Source of the DNA: Octopus sinensis
Lineage: Eukaryota
Direction: 5' to 3'
DNA length: 64,000 bases
Assembly (NCBI RefSeq): GCF_006345805.1
Contig: NC_043004.1
Location: 37,820,001-37,884,000 of the forward strand
Shown: positions 37,452 to 52,200 of the stretch, in pieces
Numbering within the stretch: position 1 is the stretch's first letter
Layout: every line of letters starts with the position of its first letter
Translations under genes and position numbers: made by a program
The notes under the pieces: generated by a model
What the model saw: the letters and a program-made list of their open reading frames with translations, nothing else
What the model was told of the DNA's origin: nothing
Databases searched by the model: none

Positions 37452-39201
37452 CTGCAAAGAGGAAAAGAAATCGTTAAAAAAACATCTTAAAATATATGCA
37501 AAGAATTATGTGGGAAATGGATGGTTGGGACCTTAGCAGAAGGTCAAAAGAACCACAATGCAAAGGTGGTCCTCAGACTGGGGATCTTGACAGGATGCTC
37601 ACAACAGTGGACATAGCTAAAAGTACCCAGGAGTCACATGGTAGTGTTAAACAAAGTGATAGGTTAAACCTATTACTAAACGAGGTCGTCATCATCATCA
37701 TTGTTGTTCAATGTCCATTTTCCACATTAGCATGGCTTGGACGGTTTGACCAGAGCTGGTAAGCCAGAAATCTGCACTAGGTTCCAACCTGATTTGGTTT
37801 GGTTTCTATGACTGGATGCCCTTCCTAATGCCAATATTTATTAGAAATCCCTTGTTAACATCGGAAGGGAGCGTAAAGGGGACAGAGAAGAAGGTGATAT
37901 GAACAAACAGAACTGGTTGAAGAAACAAGATGGAACAAACCTTTGTTTCCAGAATAAGTTTCTCCTTTTTGTTAAGAAACAGCTGTAGAGCTGCTTGAAG
38001 TTCCTTCAGAGTTGCAGCATCAAGTGCCTGGTAACAATAGAAATAAAATTTATTAGGTTAAACCAGAGGTAAAGAAACTGAATGATTATCAATTCAAAGC
38101 ATGCAAAACATTTAGATTCAGATCAATTGACTGGGTGAAGAAAAATTAAGTGTTCAAACAAAATTAAAGATATTTAAAAAAAACTATTTTGTTATTTTTT
38201 TTTTATCAATTCCACTTTGGTCTTGAGTCAAGAGAAGTCTGACCAAAAGCATTCCAGCCATGACCATCTCACTTTTTATTAAGATATTATAGTAATCCCT
38301 CGTCACATCACGGTTTATTATTTAAGCTTACACTGATTCTTCTGTGGTGGTGTTTTGCATTTATAATAAAACTAGCAGTATCGGCCGGCGTTGCTCGGGT
38401 TTGTAAGGGAAATAATTATATAAGCATTTTTAGAGATGTAAAGTATAATAGCCATCTCAATATGGCTAACCACAAAGGGGGCGGGGTGTTACTGTAGCTT
38501 TTTACGTTCTGAGATTTAATAATAAATTTTAGAGAGTTACTTCCCTTATATATGTCAAAAATGGATTAAAAATGGGAAAAATTGATGGTAAATTTTTTTT
38601 TAAATCGTAGACTCATCGTAGACGCGCGCTAATACCCAGACGGGCTCGATATGAATCACGACTATAAGATACCCGGTTTTGGTTAAACTGCACTGCAAAA
38701 TGTGGGAGTAGTTAGGAATCTAAATCGTAGGAGACAGACACACAACCTCACTTTTATATATAAAGATTTCCTCTATTTACATAATATTGAGGTCTCTTTC
38801 TTTCTTTTGTTATCTTACTGTTTTTACCAATATACATATATATATATAAATATATATATAGTTACAGAGATGTACTTGCATAGCAAGTGACTTGATCTGA
38901 GATCGTGTGCTGGAACGAAAACAGTTGCAGCGTTGAAGGTGTTTATAAGCCATTTAAGAAACACACAAAAACCATCAGATTCACTTCAACATTTAAATTT
39001 AATTTGTCAAAATATTTTCGTCGCTTTGAGACCGCGACCTGTTAGCACGATATTTTTGTCAGTGAACAGGTCGCGGTCTCAAAGCGAGGAAAATATTTTG
39101 GCAAATTAAATTTAAATGTTGAAGTGAATCTAACGGTTTTTGTGTGTTTCTTAAATGGCTTACAAACACCTTCCACGCTGCAATATATATATACACACAA
39201 A

Positions 39202-39232
<31 letters not shown>

Positions 39233-39814
39233 GTGTATATGTGTATGCATGTATGTGTGTGTGTGCGTGTCTGTGCTTGTCCTCCACCACTGCTTGACAA
39301 CGAATGTTGGTTTGTTTACATCCCTGTCACCTAGTGGTTTGACAAAGGAAACAGATGGAATAAGTACAATGCTTACAAAAATAAAACTGGAGTTGATTCA
39401 TTAAACTACAATTCTTCAAGGCATTGCCCCAGCATGGCCACAGACCAATGGCTTGAAAAAGCAGAAGAATAAAAGAATACATTCTCTGCTTTGGTCTTAT
39501 GTTCAAGGCATGAGAAAGCTTGAGTTTACATGAGAAGGCTTAACAGACCTGGTAGAAACAGCAGCCAAATCTCCCTCAAATCACACCTCATTGTCTTATG
39601 TATGTATATATATATGAGCCAATGAGGGGGACCTCTACATGGTAGCTAGACCTGGTAGAAATAGCAGCCAAATTTCCCCCAAATCACACCTTACTGTCTT
39701 ATCTATGTATATATGTATGTATGAGCCTATGAGGGAGACCCCTACATGGCAGCTAGACATGGTAGAAATAACAGCCAAATCTCCCTCAAATCACACCTTA
39801 CTGTCTTATGTATG

Positions 39815-39850
<36 letters not shown>

Positions 39851-42800
39851 AGCTACTACGGTTATTTAATGTAAAGTCTTCCTCAAATCACGCTCTCGCT
39901 ATTTACTCTCTTCCAAGAACATTTTCACTCACTCTTATCTGTTAGCTTCCCATACATTTTACTCATGTATCTAACAGCGTCATAGACAGAAACAAATATT
40001 ACATCGCCATCGCATTCTATTGTCTACCTGTCAACACACAGTGAATTAGTTTCAGTTTATTCGTTGCACACTGTGTGTGTGCATTTGCGTGTGCTGTAAC
40101 CCAAACTAAGAAAAGCATTTGACATATACACCAGAATGTGAGTTTTCTCAAAATTTTGCTTAATTGGGGTTGAAATTTTAAAAACCGGACCTGGCAAAAC
40201 CCGATGCATTCTACTCTTAAAAATGCTAGGTAAATTGTAATTGAAGAAATCCTATATTGTAGATTTCTATAACTGACAAAGGGAGGCAGATAAAATCTGC
40301 CTTTTATAATAAGAGATAAATATATATAAATTATAAATATAAAAAATATACAGGTGTAGGAGTGGCTGTGTGGTAAGTAGCTTGCTTACCAACCGCATGG
40401 TTCCGGGTTCAGTCCCACTGCGTGGCACCTTGGGTAAGTGTCTTCTACTATAGCCTCGGGCCGACCAAAGCCTTGTGAGTGGATTTGGTAGACGGAAACT
40501 GAAAGAAGCCCGTCGTATATATATGTGCGTGTGTGTTTGTGTTTGTGTTTGTCCCCCTAGTATTGCTTGACAACCGATGCTGGTGTATTTATGTCCCCGT
40601 AACTTAGCGGTTCGGCAAAAGAGACCAATAGAATAAGTACTGGGCTTACAAAAAGAATAAGTCCGGGGTCGAGTTGCTCGACTAAAGGTGGTGCTCCAGC
40701 ATGGCTGCAGTCAAATGACTGAAACAAGTAAAAGAGTAAAAGAGTACAGTACTGTTTCTACTTTGTGGATTTTCACCTATCGCAGGGGTTTTTGGAATGT
40801 AACACCCAAAATAGTCGAGGGATTACTGTGTATCACTATATTATCCAGTGTCTTTTTTTTCCTAGACAATTAGAAAAGTACTACAACTACAACTTATAGT
40901 AAGCCGAGCAACCACATAAAGCAGTGTTTCTCAAAATGGGGAATAAATAAGTAACCAACTTAATTACACCTGGGTATGAGTTTTAAAAAAAACTGCACCC
41001 TTCTGCCATGCCACTTTGAGCTCGAGTGGCAGACTAGGCTTACCAAACCAGTATGATCTGATGGTTAAATTCATGGCCCCTACATCAGACCATAGTTGGT
41101 GGAGAGAACATGCTGAAGCCTTTGTCCTCCAGTGGATTGAACGTAGGCATCCAATCCAATGCAATATACTAACATTGTCTGTTCATGGCCAGTTGATAGT
41201 TATTTTTTTTTGCAGGGGGTGGGGGTGGGGGGGTCATGAATTACTGATACAGAAGCTCAATCATTAGCTGGAAAGCTGCATATCTATTTGCCAAAGTAAA
41301 CTTTGAGGTCAAACACTGCTCATGTCAGCCTATCTTTATGTCTCTCTTCCGCAACATCTTCCATAAAATCCTGTGAATTCAGAAAAATAACGCTTGCTTC
41401 TAGAATAAGATCAGAGACAGAAGTCACTGTGGCAGAATGGTTATGCTATCACATGTAGCTTTACTTATACTTCAGTAATGTCAATATATATTCTCTCTCT
41501 CTATCCGCTCAGTCGAAGTCGACTCTCGGTCACTCGTTGGATCAGTGTCCTCCAGTCAGTTCTATCCTGGGCCGCTTCCTTCAGATTGGCCATGTCCATT
41601 CCGGTATCACTCCTGATGGTGTCAAGCCAGCAGGTTCTTGGTCGGCCTCTTCCTCTCTTGCCACTGACCATTCCGAGCATGATGTCCTTTTCCAGGGATT
41701 TTCTTCGCATAATATGACCGAAATATGCCAATCTATGCTTGGTGATCCTAGCTTCTAGCGACATTTTCGGCCTGATCTGCTTAAGAACTTCTCCATTGGT
41801 GAGTCTCGCTGTCCATGGAATCCACAAAAGTCTTCTCCAACACCAAAGCTTGAATGCATTAATTCTGTTCTGGTCAGCTTTCTTTAGTGTCCAGGTTTCG
41901 CATCCATATGTTGCTATTGGGAAGACAATTGCATTCACCAATCTGCATTTGGTAGCGAGTCTGATGTCTCTACTCTTCCAGACCCTGCTCATGCTGACCA
42001 TTGCCTCTCTGCCTAGTACTATCCGCCGTCTTATTTCTGGAGTGCAGTCACCATCTCGATTTATTTTAGAGCCAAGGAAGACGAAATGATCAATCACTTC
42101 AATCTCTTCATTATCGATCTTGATGCTGATGTTTGTTGTGGCTGCTGTTGACATGATCTTCATTTGCTTAATATTGAGGTACAGCCCAAATTTCTCACTC
42201 TCTTTCGTGGCCAGCAGGACAAGATCCTCCAGATCCTTACCACTCTCCGCCAGCAGGGTTGTATATATATTAAGTGTCAGCATAAACACATTTTTTTAAA
42301 AGTTATGAGTAAAGAGAGATCATGATCTTCTTGAATAGTAAGACTGATGTTAATGTTTACAGGAAAAAGTAGACAGGAGTAGGGGAAGAGTTCAAGAGGG
42401 TTGAAGATGGAAGGAAAGTTTAGTGCAAGAAGGAAGACACAGCTAGCTAGTTTAAAAGAGCATAGGGGCTGTTGCAGTAGTGACTGAAATAGAAAATGGG
42501 AAACAGCATATCTGTGACACAGTGACTGCAACATGTTGGTGAATGAATCATTGCCAATCTCTTGAATGACTGTTTAGATGTGAGCAACTTGTGGAATAGG
42601 TGAGGTGCTCACTACTGACTTTGAGGTAGTTACTAAGGTGGCATTTCTGAAGTGACCACAGCATATATCAATTCTGTAACTATTTACATACCTTAGCTGT
42701 GGTAACGGTGCAGGGCACTTCACCTCTGTGAGAACTCATAATGGTTTCAAATGCATCAATGACACCAGAGATCTTCTGGATACGTCCATTTTCAGAGAGA

Positions 42801-45800
42801 GCTCCTGAAATTAAAATTAATAATAATAATAATGATATCATACTATAATATAGAAATCATCATCAGTGTTATAACTTCCATTACTTCATGCTGGCATGGG
42901 TCAGACAGAATTCATTGAGACAAATTTTCTACGGACAGATGTCCACCCTATTGAATAAAATGAACTATGATAATGAAATCTAAAGATAAAAAATTGACAA
43001 TTATTTTTTCTTTTACTCAAAAATTCAGCCATAGAAGATCTTAGTCAGGGAAGAAGTGTATCAGATCACAGATTATTTAAGGATTCAAGTTCATTTGGTT
43101 GGGTTGGATATTGTGTACTAATAGTATTCAATAGCTAGATTTGTCAATTGAGGGCCTAGTTTTACAGGCCTAAATTAAGGTGCTTCACAGTCGAACTGAA
43201 CCCAAGACAACATGGTAGGGAAGCAAGCTTCTAAATCACATAGCCATGTCTACACCTTATATACACAGACAGAAATAATTCAGAGAAGCCAGTGTTTTGA
43301 ATAGGGACAATAAGCACCATGAAAGCCATACAAGATGAATTAATTTAATGAACATTTCTTTGAGAGAAAGTAAGCAAGTACCTAATGGCAATTTCAAATT
43401 GCCGTTGGCCAAAAAGGTTGTCTGCAAGTGTTATAGGTGTTCAAATTTTATATGTCCAGCTGAAGTCAATGTAGGACAACAACTGTGATAACGATGCCAA
43501 CTGAGGTAGAAGCATGTATTCACCAGTAGATCTCATGTCTAATAAAAGAAAACAGATGGCCATTTCCTTAATATTGTCTCTGTTTTGGAGAATTCCCAAG
43601 ATTATCGCTCTTCATTTACAGTTGGTCACAATTGCCCCCAGGCATTTCTTTTGCCTTCTTTTGAAACAAAGATTATTTCAATAAACCAAGAATTTATCTT
43701 TTATTTAGTATAATGCAGGAGTGGCTCTGTGGTAAGTAGCTTGCTTACCAACCATATGGTTCCGGGTTCAGGCCCACTGCATGGCACCTTGGGCAAGTGT
43801 CTTCTACTATACCCTCTGGCCGACCAAAGCCTTGTGAGTGGATTTGGCAGACAGAAACTGAAAGAAGCCTGTCGTACATATGTGTGTGTGTATATGTTTG
43901 TCTCCTCACCATCGCTTGACAACCGATGCTGGTGTGTTTATGTCCCTGTAAACAAGTGGTTTGGCAAAAAGAGACCGATAGAATAAGTACTAGGCTTACG
44001 AAGAATAAGTCTTGGGGTTGATTTGCTTGACGAAAGGCGATGCTCCAGCATGGCTGCAGTCAAATGACTGAAACAAGTAAAAGAGTATAACTTTCTTCCT
44101 CTTTGTTATAAACACATGCACACACTCACACATAAGAGGAGGTAAACAGATACATGTAGATATGTAAACCTGTGTATATTTGTGTGCATACATCTTAATT
44201 TTAGTGTATATATGCACACACACACTAAAATGCAGATGTGTATAAACAGATCTACACATATATGCATTAATTCTTAAAACCCAGACTTATGCAAATATGA
44301 AACAGACATAATGATGAAGGTGGTAGTGATTGGCATGTATAATATCTCCACATAGGACTCTCCTGAACATGATGTACAGAGCTCATATCAAGTTCCCATG
44401 TGCTGTACTCCTCCATTCTTTGTTACTCTCTCATATATCATTCATAAAAAGAACCATCCGAATGTGGCCGTTGCCAGCGCCGCCCCGACTGGCCTCCGTG
44501 CCGGTGGCATGTAAAAAGCACCATCTGATCGTGGCCATTGCCAGCCTCGTCTGGCACCTGTGCCGGTGGCATGTAAAAAGCACCCACTACACTCACGGAG
44601 TGGTTGGCGTTAGGAAGGGCACCCAGTTGTAGAAACACTACCAGATCAGACTGGGCCTGGTGCAGCCTCCTGGCTTCCCAGACCCCAGTCGAACCGTCCA
44701 ACCCATGCTAGCATGGAAAGCGGACGTTGATGACCTACCAATGTGCCTCCCTATTATCACTATCATTCCTCCAAGATATTACCTGTTTAACAAGAGATGG
44801 CATTTCATTGGCTCTGTCTATGCCATTATTCTTCGTTACTTACTTTCATCACTTTTTTTCCCCTAACACTCACACATGCTTACCACTGCTAACCATCACT
44901 CCTTCCTGCTAAAGTTCACCTACATAATGAGTTAAAATCCCTTCAAGGATCTAAATACAGATTTTCTTGTTATATCGAAGTGAATGATAGAGAGAATTGA
45001 TTCTTCATAGTATTATTAATAAAGAATACACAAATAAGAACAATGTTCATTTTACCTCAAAATGTCTACTTTTATTAATTATCAAACAATCTAAAATACC
45101 ATTTACATTCAAATACCAACAGTGTTTTTTTTTAAATTTTTTATTACAAATTTTAGACAAAACTTATCTTTTGTAAAATAGACAACAATGTTCAAATGAG
45201 TAGTTATTGGGAAGAGTAATTATGCCTCTGTTAAATCTGAGGTATTACAGAAATTGGAAATCCAAAGATATCAAATATTATTGATTTACTCACCAAGGAG
45301 GTTCACTACAAGATTGTTGTATTTCATCTTCTGAGCAACACCAACCAAGGCAGCTGGAAAATGGCAGGGTAGAAAGTAAATTATTATTTTTTTCTTACAT
45401 GCCGGTTAAATGATATTTTTCACTTTGAAACACACTTTGCAAACTTAATATTTAAAATACATGTTCAATAAAGCAAGTTCTCTATATGTGGACTACATAG
45501 AAAACAACACCCACAATTAAGTTAACATTATTTATGGTCATGCGTTTAAGGTGGATTATTTACTTAGTCCACAAACATGAGGTAATGTATGGATAGATTT
45601 GCCTTCCCTCTCTATATCTGATCACATCTTTTACTTATTTCAGCCTGTGTTGGGGCACCATCTTGAAGGTCACAATGACTCCAGCACATTATTAAGGCAG
45701 CAAGCTCAGTAGTATTTTGTCCATCTTTACGTTTTGAGTTCAAATTCCACCAGGGTCAACTTCGCCTTTCAACCTTTCAGGGTCAGTAAAATAAGAAGTC

Positions 45801-46251
45801 GAGTACCGGGATCAATGTATTCGACTTATCCCCTCCCACAAAATTGTTGACCTTGTGCCAAAATTTGGAACCAACATCCGAATAAAATTTTTGCGGTTAA
45901 AATGATAATGACAAATATTTAAATACAGTAAGTTGAAGCAAATAAATTAAAATGTGTTCAATTGAGAAATCCCACAATATCTATAGAATGGTTTGAGTTT
46001 GTAATTCTGTAGTAAAAAGTCCAGTATCATAACATCACGTTCTTCAGGGAAGATTCTAAACAAACGACATCATCTGTATTGCAGCAACACATGCTTAAAA
46101 CCATCACGTGATGCCAAGAGATGAGGAGACACACACACACATTATTGTTGGGATTAATATAAAATAATAACTAGGTTTGTCTTGACCTATTTTAAAAAAT
46201 AAGTTTCCGATGAATAGCACCTATAAAGTAGATTACTTACTGACTTTAGGT

Positions 46252-46292
<41 letters not shown>

Positions 46293-49200
46293 TCATCATC
46301 GTTTAACGTCCTTTTTCCATGCTAGCATGGGTTGGACGGTTCGATTGGAGTCTGAGAAGCCAGGAGGCTGCACCAGGCTCCAGTCTGATCTGGCAGTGTT
46401 TCTACAGCTGGATGCCCTTCCTAATGCCAACCACTCTGTGAGTGTGGTGGGTGCTTTTTACATGCCAGAGGAGGTTGGCAACGGCCACGATCGGATGGTG
46501 CTTTTTACGTGCCACCGGCACAGAGGCCAGTCAGGGCGGCGCTGGCTACTGCCACGTTCGGATGGTTCTCTTACGTGCCACCGGCACTGGTATCACAGCT
46601 GCAAATTCCATTGATGTTGATCGATTACGATTTTGATAGGACCATTCGAGTGTGGATGATGCCAGTGCTGCTTGACTGGCACCGTACGAGTGGCATGTAA
46701 AAAGTACCATTTGAGTGTGGCCAATACCAGTGCTGGTAGCACATAAAAAGCAGCATTCGAGCAAAACTGATGCCAGTGCTGCCTGACAGGCACCTGTGCT
46801 GGTGGCACGTAAAAAGCGCCATTCGAGCATGGTTGAAGCCAGTGCTGCCTGACTGGCTCCCATGCTGGTGGCATGCAAAAAGCATCCACTACACTTGCAG
46901 TGGTTGGTATTAGGAAGGGCATCCAGCTGTAGAAACCATGCCAAATCAGATTGGTGCCTGGTGCAGCTTCTCAGCTTGCCAGTCCTCAGTCAAACCGTCC
47001 AACCCATGTTAGCATAGAAAGTGGACAATAAATGATGACGACGCTAATTTATTTTAGAGACTTGTGTAAGACTGGAACAAAGCAAGAAGGTACAAAATAA
47101 ATTACAAAAAGAAAATGTTCTTCTACATGGGTCATAACCTCAAAATATAGAAATGCAAAATAAGACTGCAACTTTCTTTTCCTCTTGCAGTTTATTTTGT
47201 ACCTTCTCGCATTGTTCCACCCTTACACAATATATCTCTTTAAAATTAGGCCGCACAGTGCTACCTCATACATATATATACACACACACACAAATTTTCT
47301 TTATGCATATTTATTTATGGTTAAGAGTAATAATAAAACAACATGATCTTAATGCAAGGCTTGCAGAGCTGGTAGGAAGGAAGTCACCCTCAGATCTTGC
47401 TCAAATGTTTGCATCAAAGTGGAGTCCACTAAAGGCAATCAAAGGCAAAGTGGTAGTGTTATAACTGGGTGATGGATTAATCTACCCTTCAAATATGGTT
47501 TTAAGATTAAGATCAAAGAACTACTAAACTGAACAACATCAGAAATAATGATTATGTTTACTTACTCTCTTTATCCTTGCGCTTCAATGATGGGTTTTCA
47601 ATAAATTGAGCGAAGGACACATCCTTTGCCATCAAACCCTTCAAAAGGACAGAAATTACTAAACGATAGCAAAAATTACAAACATTATTTCAATGGTGAA
47701 ATACATAAATGACAAAAATTTCTGTCTACCAAATCCACTCACAAGGCTTTGGTTGGCTCAAGGCAGCACACAGTGGGACTGAACCTGGAACTGTGCCGTT
47801 GGGAACCAAGCTTCTTCCCACATGCCATGTCTTTGTTTTTTTTTTATGCAAACCCACTTTGCTTCCAAGTAAGGTAATATTTCCAGTAATTCTTCACACT
47901 TTGTATGATGGCCTTTTTTTTTTGTTTTTAATTACAAATAGTACACTTGTGTAAGGACAAGAGGAACACATCACCAATTAATCAATATTTGTGTCCTACA
48001 CTAGCATGAGTTAGCTGATTTTACTGGTCTGAGGTCTATGTTGGTCTTTATTGTCTGCTTGGCAAGGTTTCTATGGCTAGATGCCCTTCCTAATGCCAGA
48101 TATACACACATATATATTTTAAGATTTCTCTACAAATTTTCTATAGAAATTATAGCTGGCACTAATTTGTTACAGTGCTTCAAATACATCTAATGTAAAC
48201 AATTTGATTGAAGCTGGAAAAATAGATGATGAGTGTATATGCATATTTCAAGAGTTGTTGCTCCTCCTTATTCAGTACCCTATCCAACCCATCGACCGTC
48301 CATGAACTCATTGCTTAAATAGCTACAAAATATAGCAGTGTAACACTTGGATATACTAATTTTCCATATTTAACGCATTCCTGGCAGCTGGTACATACAG
48401 TGTCCCTACAAGTAATTAATACATGTATATGTATACAATAGATTTCTTTCAATTTCTATCAACCAAATTCCAGTCACATGGTACTGGTCAATCTGCATCC
48501 ATAGGGGAAGACACCAACCAAGTGTTTGCACTGTTGGGGATGTGCCAGAACTACACAGGCCCTCTTTTACGTACATAAGTGTCTTTGTGTTTGGTTTCAA
48601 TGCTTGACAACCAGCACCGTTTTGTTTATGTCCTCTGTAATCAAACAGTTTAGCAAAAACCGACTAATATAAGTTTCAAGTTTGGACACAAGTCCAGCAG
48701 TTTTAGGGGAGAAGAGATAGTGTCCAACATATACTTATTTTATCAACCCCAAAATGATAAGAGGCAACAGTGATCTTATTGGAATGACAACTAAGAATGT
48801 GAAGAAATGCTTCTAAGCATTTTGTTTGATGCTTTAAAGATTCTGCCACTTTGTTGCCTTTAGAGACAGATATAATAAAAGGATCTAACTATGAAAATCT
48901 AACAAATGTTATTTTAATATAAATTTCATGTTATTAAAAACTCACCTTGAGGGCAGTAAGATCTTTCTGTACAAGATCAAGCTTGTTCTCTTTTGTTGCA
49001 GCAGAGTAGAGAGCTGTGGCATATCGGCCTGCAATGCCAAATACTTGCACAGGGGGCTGCAAAGTCATAAAGCGGTATAAATTAAGATTACAAATTCGGA
49101 GTAAAAAGAACATAAAACAGAAAAATCAAAATCATTAAATTGTAACAACACATTGAGAGATCATCATCATCATTTAACGTCCACTTTCTATGCTAGCATG

Positions 49201-52200
49201 GGTTGGACGATTTGACTGACGAACCAGATAGCTGCACCAGGGTCCAATCTGATGTGGCAGAGTTTCTACAGCTGGATGCCCTTCATCAACCACTCCCAGA
49301 GTGTAGTGGGTGCTTTTACGTGCCACCGGCATGAGGGCCAGTCAGGCAGTACTGGCAACGGCCAAGCTCAAATGGTGTTTTTTACGTGCCACCTGCACTG
49401 GCAACAACCTTGATCGAATGTTTTTTCACATGCCACAGAGACAAGTGCCAGTAAGGCGACGCTGGTAATGATCATGCTTGAATGGTGCTTTTTAGGTGCC
49501 ACTGGCACAGAAGCCAGTTGGCTGCTCTGGCAACGATCACGCTCAGATGGTGCCAGTACTTTAATAATCATTTGTGCAAGGGCTCATTGAAATAATACAT
49601 ATTATCCAGTGATTGATTCCCTTCAGTCACAGTTCTTAAGAATCAGAAATAGTTGAAGGAAGATTGTAGGCCTAAAAGGCTGTCCAGTTCAATATTATAA
49701 CCACTAGCAAAGTTTACCATCTTTTCCTGCAAGCATTTAGGCTAACTGGCACTTTGTTGGTTACAATGGTGAAGGTTCCAGTTGATCGGATCAATGCAAC
49801 AGCCTGCTCATGAAATTAACATGCAAGTGGCTGAGCACACCACAGACAGGTGTACGTTGTAACTATAATTGTGATTTAGGCCTTGAGTACAAGACTAATA
49901 AATTATAATCCACTAAATTCCAGCAAAGAAAGAAAGAACTTGTAACTGGTTTTACTTGTATAAGAGTTATAACAATCTGCAAAACGAAAATCACCTGTTA
50001 AACAACAAAGGCAAGCAAAAAATGCACACATGGAAGAGACTAACTACTCAGGGATATGATAGATCGAATGCCATATGCTAAAAAACTATTGGTCATCTTA
50101 TCCCTAACAGCATACACTTAACATAGTTCTTAGGGAGATTCAGTATGTGGCCCTTTGAAATACAGGCACAACTCATTTTAGCCAGCTGAGTGGATGGAGC
50201 AATGTGAAATAAAATGCCTTGCTCAAGGATACAATGTGCTGCTGGGAATTCAACTCATGACCTTGTGATTGTGTGCTGAATACTCTAATCACTAAGCTAT
50301 GTGTCTTCATTGTAAACATTTAGGCAGGGCTTTGGTCAACATATCTCTTCAATAGGGGATAGCCAGAAGAGGTCAAGTGCACTGCTTTGCCACTGGTAAC
50401 TTAAATCATTATCATCATCCAGTGTTTTAAATCGGGATTTTTGTCCCCGTTAACAAGGGTGGCCAGATCTGCCTCAATGCCGTAACAACTGCCCTCACAT
50501 CATCCCACCCAGTTTTGGGCGTCCTCCTTTTTCAAACCAACCCTCCCAATCTCCCCCTCCACCTTTTTCTCGGTCTACCTCGCTTTTGTGCTCCATTTAC
50601 CTCAAATGCAATCACTCTACTCAGAAAAGAAATTGCAGGTCATGACATTTATATTAGATAAAGTATGTTTAGATATACTACATCACCATCATTGAATATC
50701 TGTTTTCCATGCTGGCATGGGTTGGACAGTTTGCTAGGAGCTGACAAGCCAGAGGGCTGCACCAGGCTTCAGTCATCTGGTTTGGCACAGTTTCTATAGT
50801 TGGATGCCCTTCCTAATGCCAATCACTTTATAGAAAGTACTGGGTGTTTTTTACAAAGTGCCAGCATGGGTGCTTTTTATATGATACTGACACTGCTCTT
50901 TCACATACTGTTGGTATGAGTGCTCCCTTTATGTGGTGCTGGCATGAACGCTTTTTACAAGGGATTAAAAAGAAAGGCAGGATGGTCATAGGTTTTGTTG
51001 ATAAGAGATGACATGGAGCCAGTCCAGAAGAACCGATAACTATTTCACAGAGTCTAGAAGGAAGAAAAACTGTAACCAGAAATAGTAATAATGAAATAAA
51101 TACCTTTACAAGTTTGAGTCTCAAGGAAGATGTTGCAAACTGCCTCACCTGAAAACAAGATTTAAAAAAAAAAAAAAAGGGGTATTAGAAAATGTTATAA
51201 AATGATACATTTAAAAACAAGAGAAAAAAATGTTGAAATCAAAGTAAACAGAATGCAAATGTAGCATGAAAAACTTGGTGAATAACATACCTAACAAAAA
51301 AAAATTACCTTGCATTTTTTTTAGTAGTGTAGCCTCCCTGATGATGAGCCTGTGCTTGTGTCTGAACTAGAGTCACAAGAAGCAACACACTTTTCTATTG
51401 TTAATTACAAGCAAGAGTATCAGGTATAATTCTAAATCTGGGATGATACCAAAATGGGAAAAACGTATTTGTGAGATGCATACAATTTACTCAGCACATT
51501 GACGTTCACCCTACACTGATGATACAAAACTGACAATAACAGGGTAAGGTAGCCAATAAAAAAGCCTGAAATGTTTATAAACTAAGGTCTTATAGAAGGA
51601 AATGGGGGACTATTTTTCGGCTGCTAGGGTAAGTGGAAAAGTACTTGCTAAACAAAGGGTTAAGCAAATTTCAGTAACAGTCTTAAATTCATAACTAATA
51701 GAATTATAACTGTAAATTATAACAGAAAAAAAAACACCACTTCATTTCTATTTAACACAGCAAGACCTGTATATGACATTCACATGTACTAAACTTAATG
51801 TGTTAGGTTTTCAATCAAAACCTTTCATAATTTTGCAACATCAACAGATTTTAATATGCAGCAGAAAACTTTAAATCAATGATATGATCTCTATGCTGCT
51901 ATAAGAAAGCCTGTAAAATGCTGTTTTGTTTAGCAATCACTTTATGGCAACTACAAGATTAATAATGGCATAGAGTCTATACCATCATCATCTATAAATA
52001 TATATAAACACACATATCAAAATGAATACTTAGTATAGAGCTACACATTTTACTAGGTTGAGAGTTATTGTTTACCTCAAGGTGAACTCTTAATCAAAAA
52101 CAAATCCATGGTTAAATGATTTTTGTACTTTTTCAAAGAGCATAGCAAGGACTTCGTTACCCAATGACCTTTCTTTTTTTTTTTTTAAAAGGTAGAGTAC

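Noticed and set aside
46440-46900. Regularly spaced ~24-bp motif (gtgctttttacgtgccacc) with variable intervening sequence, superficially CRISPR-like
   Set aside because: The intervening parts are homologous to each other, the array is the internal tandem of the RTE 3' UTR, the context is eukaryotic, and there are no cas genes.
51308-51410. Possible cryptic exon or C/D snoRNA in ATP5PO intron 1
   Set aside because: No frame-compatible open exon; the TGATGA...CTGA pair is on the strand opposite the host transcript.
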